NCBI GenBank assembly: GCA_030390025.1 | Contig: CM059432.1 | Span: 57,724,001-57,788,000, forward strand | From: Squalus acanthias | Lineage: Eukaryota | Length of the DNA: 64,000 bases | Direction: 5' to 3' | Shown here: positions 61,172 through 64,000 of the stretch, in pieces | How positions within the stretch are numbered: position 1 is the stretch's first letter | How the letters are laid out: every line of letters begins with the position of its first letter | Program-made: the position numbers and the translations under genes | The notes under the pieces: generated by a model | The model's database searches: none | Told to the model about the DNA's origin: nothing | Seen by the model: only the letters and a program-made list of their open reading frames with translations

Positions 61172-64000
61172 GAGCATAAGAAATAGGAGCAGGAGTAGGC
61201 CAATCGGCCCCTCGAGCCTGCTCCGCCATTCAATAAGATCATGGCTGATCCAATCTTGACCTCAACACCACTTTCCCGTTCTCTCCTCCTACCCCTTGAC
61301 TCCCTTGTCGTTCAAATGTCTGTCAATCGCCACCTTGAATATATTCAATGACTCCGCCTCCACAGCTCTCTGGGCTAGAGAATTCCAAAGAGTCACGACC
61401 CTCTGAGAGAAGAAATTCCTCCTCATCTCCGTCTTAAATGGGCGACCCCTTATTCTGAAACTATGCCCCCTAGTTCTAGATACCCCCACTAGGGGAAACA
61501 ACCTCTCAGCATCCACCCTGTCAATCCCCCTCAGAATCTTTATGTTTCAATAAGATCACCTCTCATTCTTCTAACCTCCAATGAGTATAGGCCCAACCTG
61601 CTCGACCTTTCGTCATACGTCAACCCCTTCATCCCAGGAATCAACCTAGTGAACCTTAAGCGAAGCAAAAGAGGAAATAGTAGAGGCCCTGACCATCATT
61701 TTCCAATCCTCTCTGGCTTCAGGTGTGGTGCTGGAGGACTGCTAATGTGGTACCCTTGTTTAAAAAGGGAGAAAAGGATAGACCGAGTAATTACAGGCCA
61801 GTCAGCGTAACCTCGGTGGTGGGAAAATTATTGGAAAGAATTCTGAAGGACAGGATAAATCTTCATTTAGAAAGACACGGATTAATCAAGGATAGTCAGC
61901 ACGGATTTGTTAAGGGAAGGTCGTGTCTGACAAACTTGGTTGAATTTTTTGAGGAGGTAAAAAGGAGGGTAGATGAGGGTAGTGCGTTTGATGTAGTGTA
62001 TATGGACTTTAGCAAGGCTTTTGATAAGGTTCCACATGGCAGTCTGGTCACGAAGTTAAAAGCCCATGGGATCCAGGGCAAAGTGTCAAGTTGGATTCAA
62101 AACTGGCTTGGAGGCAGGAAGCAGAGGGTACTGGTTGATGGGTGTTTTTGTGACTGGAAGGCTATTTCCAGTGGGGTTCTGCAGGGCTCAGTACTAGGTC
62201 CCTTGCTTTTTGTGGTATATATCAATGATCTTGACTTGAATATAGGGGGTATGATTAAGAAGTTTGCAGATGATACTAAAATCGGCTGTGTGGTTGATAC
62301 TGAAGAAGGAAGCTGTAGACTGCAGGAAGATATCAATAAATTGGTCAGGTGGGCAGAACAGTGGCAAATGGAATTCAGTCCGGAAAAGTGTGAGGTAATG
62401 CATTTGGGGAGGGCTAACAAGGAAAGGGAATACACATTAAATGGTAGGACACTGAGTAGTGTAGAGGAACAAAGGGACCTTGGAGTGCATGTCCACAGAT
62501 CCCTGAAGGTAGCAGGCCAGGTAGATAAGGTGGTTAAGAAGGCATACGGAATGCTTGCCTTTATTAGCCGTGGCATAGAATACAAGAGCAGGGGGGTTAT
62601 GCTTCAACTGTATAAAACACTAGTTAGGCCTCAGCTAGAGTACTGCGTGCAATTCTGGTCGCCACATTATAGGAAAGATGTGATTGCACTAGAGAGGGTA
62701 CAGAGGAGATTTACGAGGATGTTGCCGGGAGTAGAGAATCTTAGCTATGAGGAAAGACTAGATAGGCTGGGTTTGTTTTCTTGGAATAGAGGAGGCTGAG
62801 GTATATAAAATTGAGGGGCCTAGATAAAGTGGATAAAAGGACCTATTTCCCTTAGCAGAGGGGTCAAAAACCAGGGGGCACAGATTTAAAGTAATTGGTG
62901 GAAGGTTTAGAGGGGATTTGAGGGGAAATGTCTTCACCCAGAGGGTTGTGAGGGTCTGGAACTCACTGCCTGAAAAGGTGGTAGAGGCAGAAACCCTAAC
63001 CACATTTAAAAAGTACTTGGATGTGCACTTGGGATGCTGTAACCTGCAGGGCTACGGACCAAGAGCTGGGAAGTGGGATTAGGCTGGATAGCTCTTTGTT
63101 GGCCGGCGCAGGACACGATGGGCCGAAATGGCCTCCTTCCGTGCTGTAACTTTCTAGGATTCTATGATTCTCTGCACTGCCTCCAATGCAAGTATATCCT
63201 TCCTTAAATATGGAGACCAAAACTGTACGCAGTACTCCAGGTGCGTCTCACCAGCGCCCTGTAAAGTTGCATCAAAACTTCCTTACTTTTATACTCCATA
63301 CCCCTTGCAATAAAGGCCAACATTCCATTAACCTTCCTAATTACTTGCTGTACCTGCATGCTAACTTTTTGTGTTTCATGTACTAGGACCCCCAGATCCC
63401 TTTTGTACCGAAGCATTTTGTAGTCTCACTCCATTTAAATAATTTGCTTTTTCATTCTTCCTTCCAAAGTGAATAACCTCACATTTTCCCACATTATACT
63501 CCATCTGCCAAATTTTTGCCCACTCACTTAACCTATCTATATCCCTTTGCAGACTCTGTGTCCTCCTCATAACTTGCTTACCCACCTATCTTTGTATCAT
63601 CAGCAAATTTGGCTACAGTACACTCAGTCCCTTCATCCAAGTCCTTAATATAGATTGTAAATAGTTGAGGCCCCAGCACTGATCCCTGTGGCACCCCACT
63701 AGTTACAGTTTGCCAACCGGAAAATGACCCATTTATCCCGACTCTCTGTTTTTTGTTAGTTAGCCAATCCCCTATCCGTGCCAGTATATTACCCCCAACC
63801 CCGTGCGCTCTTATCTTGTGCAGTAACCTTTTATGTGGCACCCTATCGAATGCCTTCTGGAAATCCAAATACACTGCATCTACTGATTCCCCTTTATCCA
63901 CCCTGTTTCTTACATCCTCAAAGAACTCTAGCAAATTTGTCAAACACGATTTCCCTTTCATCAAACCATGTTGACTCTGCTTGATTGTCTTATGATTTTC
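61172..64000 (-). mobile_element. CR1 LINE (pieces 61172-61657 and 63169-64000) split by an opposite-strand CR1
   Basis: gtgaacctt joins ctctgcactgcctcc across the insert; ORFs 61289-61516 and 63204-63964 with FADDTK. Confidence 0.88.
61658..63168 (+). mobile_element. 5'-truncated CR1 LINE nested in the minus-strand CR1
   Basis: ORF 61723-62799 with full RT core (NYRPVS, DFSKAFDKVPH, QGSVLGP, KFADDTK); attctatgatt tail. Confidence 0.93.

Overview
Repeat-dense vertebrate genomic DNA, most likely a cartilaginous fish (shark/ray), judged from its CR1, Penelope and Deu-domain (SacSINE1-like) repeats. The only host gene I can support is the 5' part of TATDN1 (TatD DNase domain-containing 1) on the + strand. 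Seven phase-consistent GT-AG coding exons (33832-58697) spell [31 protein letters not shown]...GECGLDFDRL...[11 protein letters not shown], and the gene continues past the window. The rest is mostly nested transposable elements: many CR1 LINEs, L2-like and other non-LTR fragments, Penelope-like elements, Deu-type SINEs, two decayed two-gene PIF/Harbinger transposons and Harbinger-type MITEs. There are also two LTR insertions: a ~6.2 kb pol-less element with a tRNA-Leu PBS, an env-like remnant and a minisatellite expanded in only one LTR, and a 1.67 kb solo LTR. The most notable observations are four. (1) A minimal hammerhead ribozyme core is intact in a Penelope terminal repeat. (2) The pol-less element looks like an env-only retrovirus-like element. 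(3) A 0.75 kb MITE family carries NRF1/ETS/CCAAT/E-box motifs and several consensus splice donors. (4) That MITE sits three times in alternating orientation around TATDN1 exons 3-4 and 5-6. I see no evidence for a wholly new protein-coding system. Repeat boundaries are approximate unless TSD or TIR coordinates are given.
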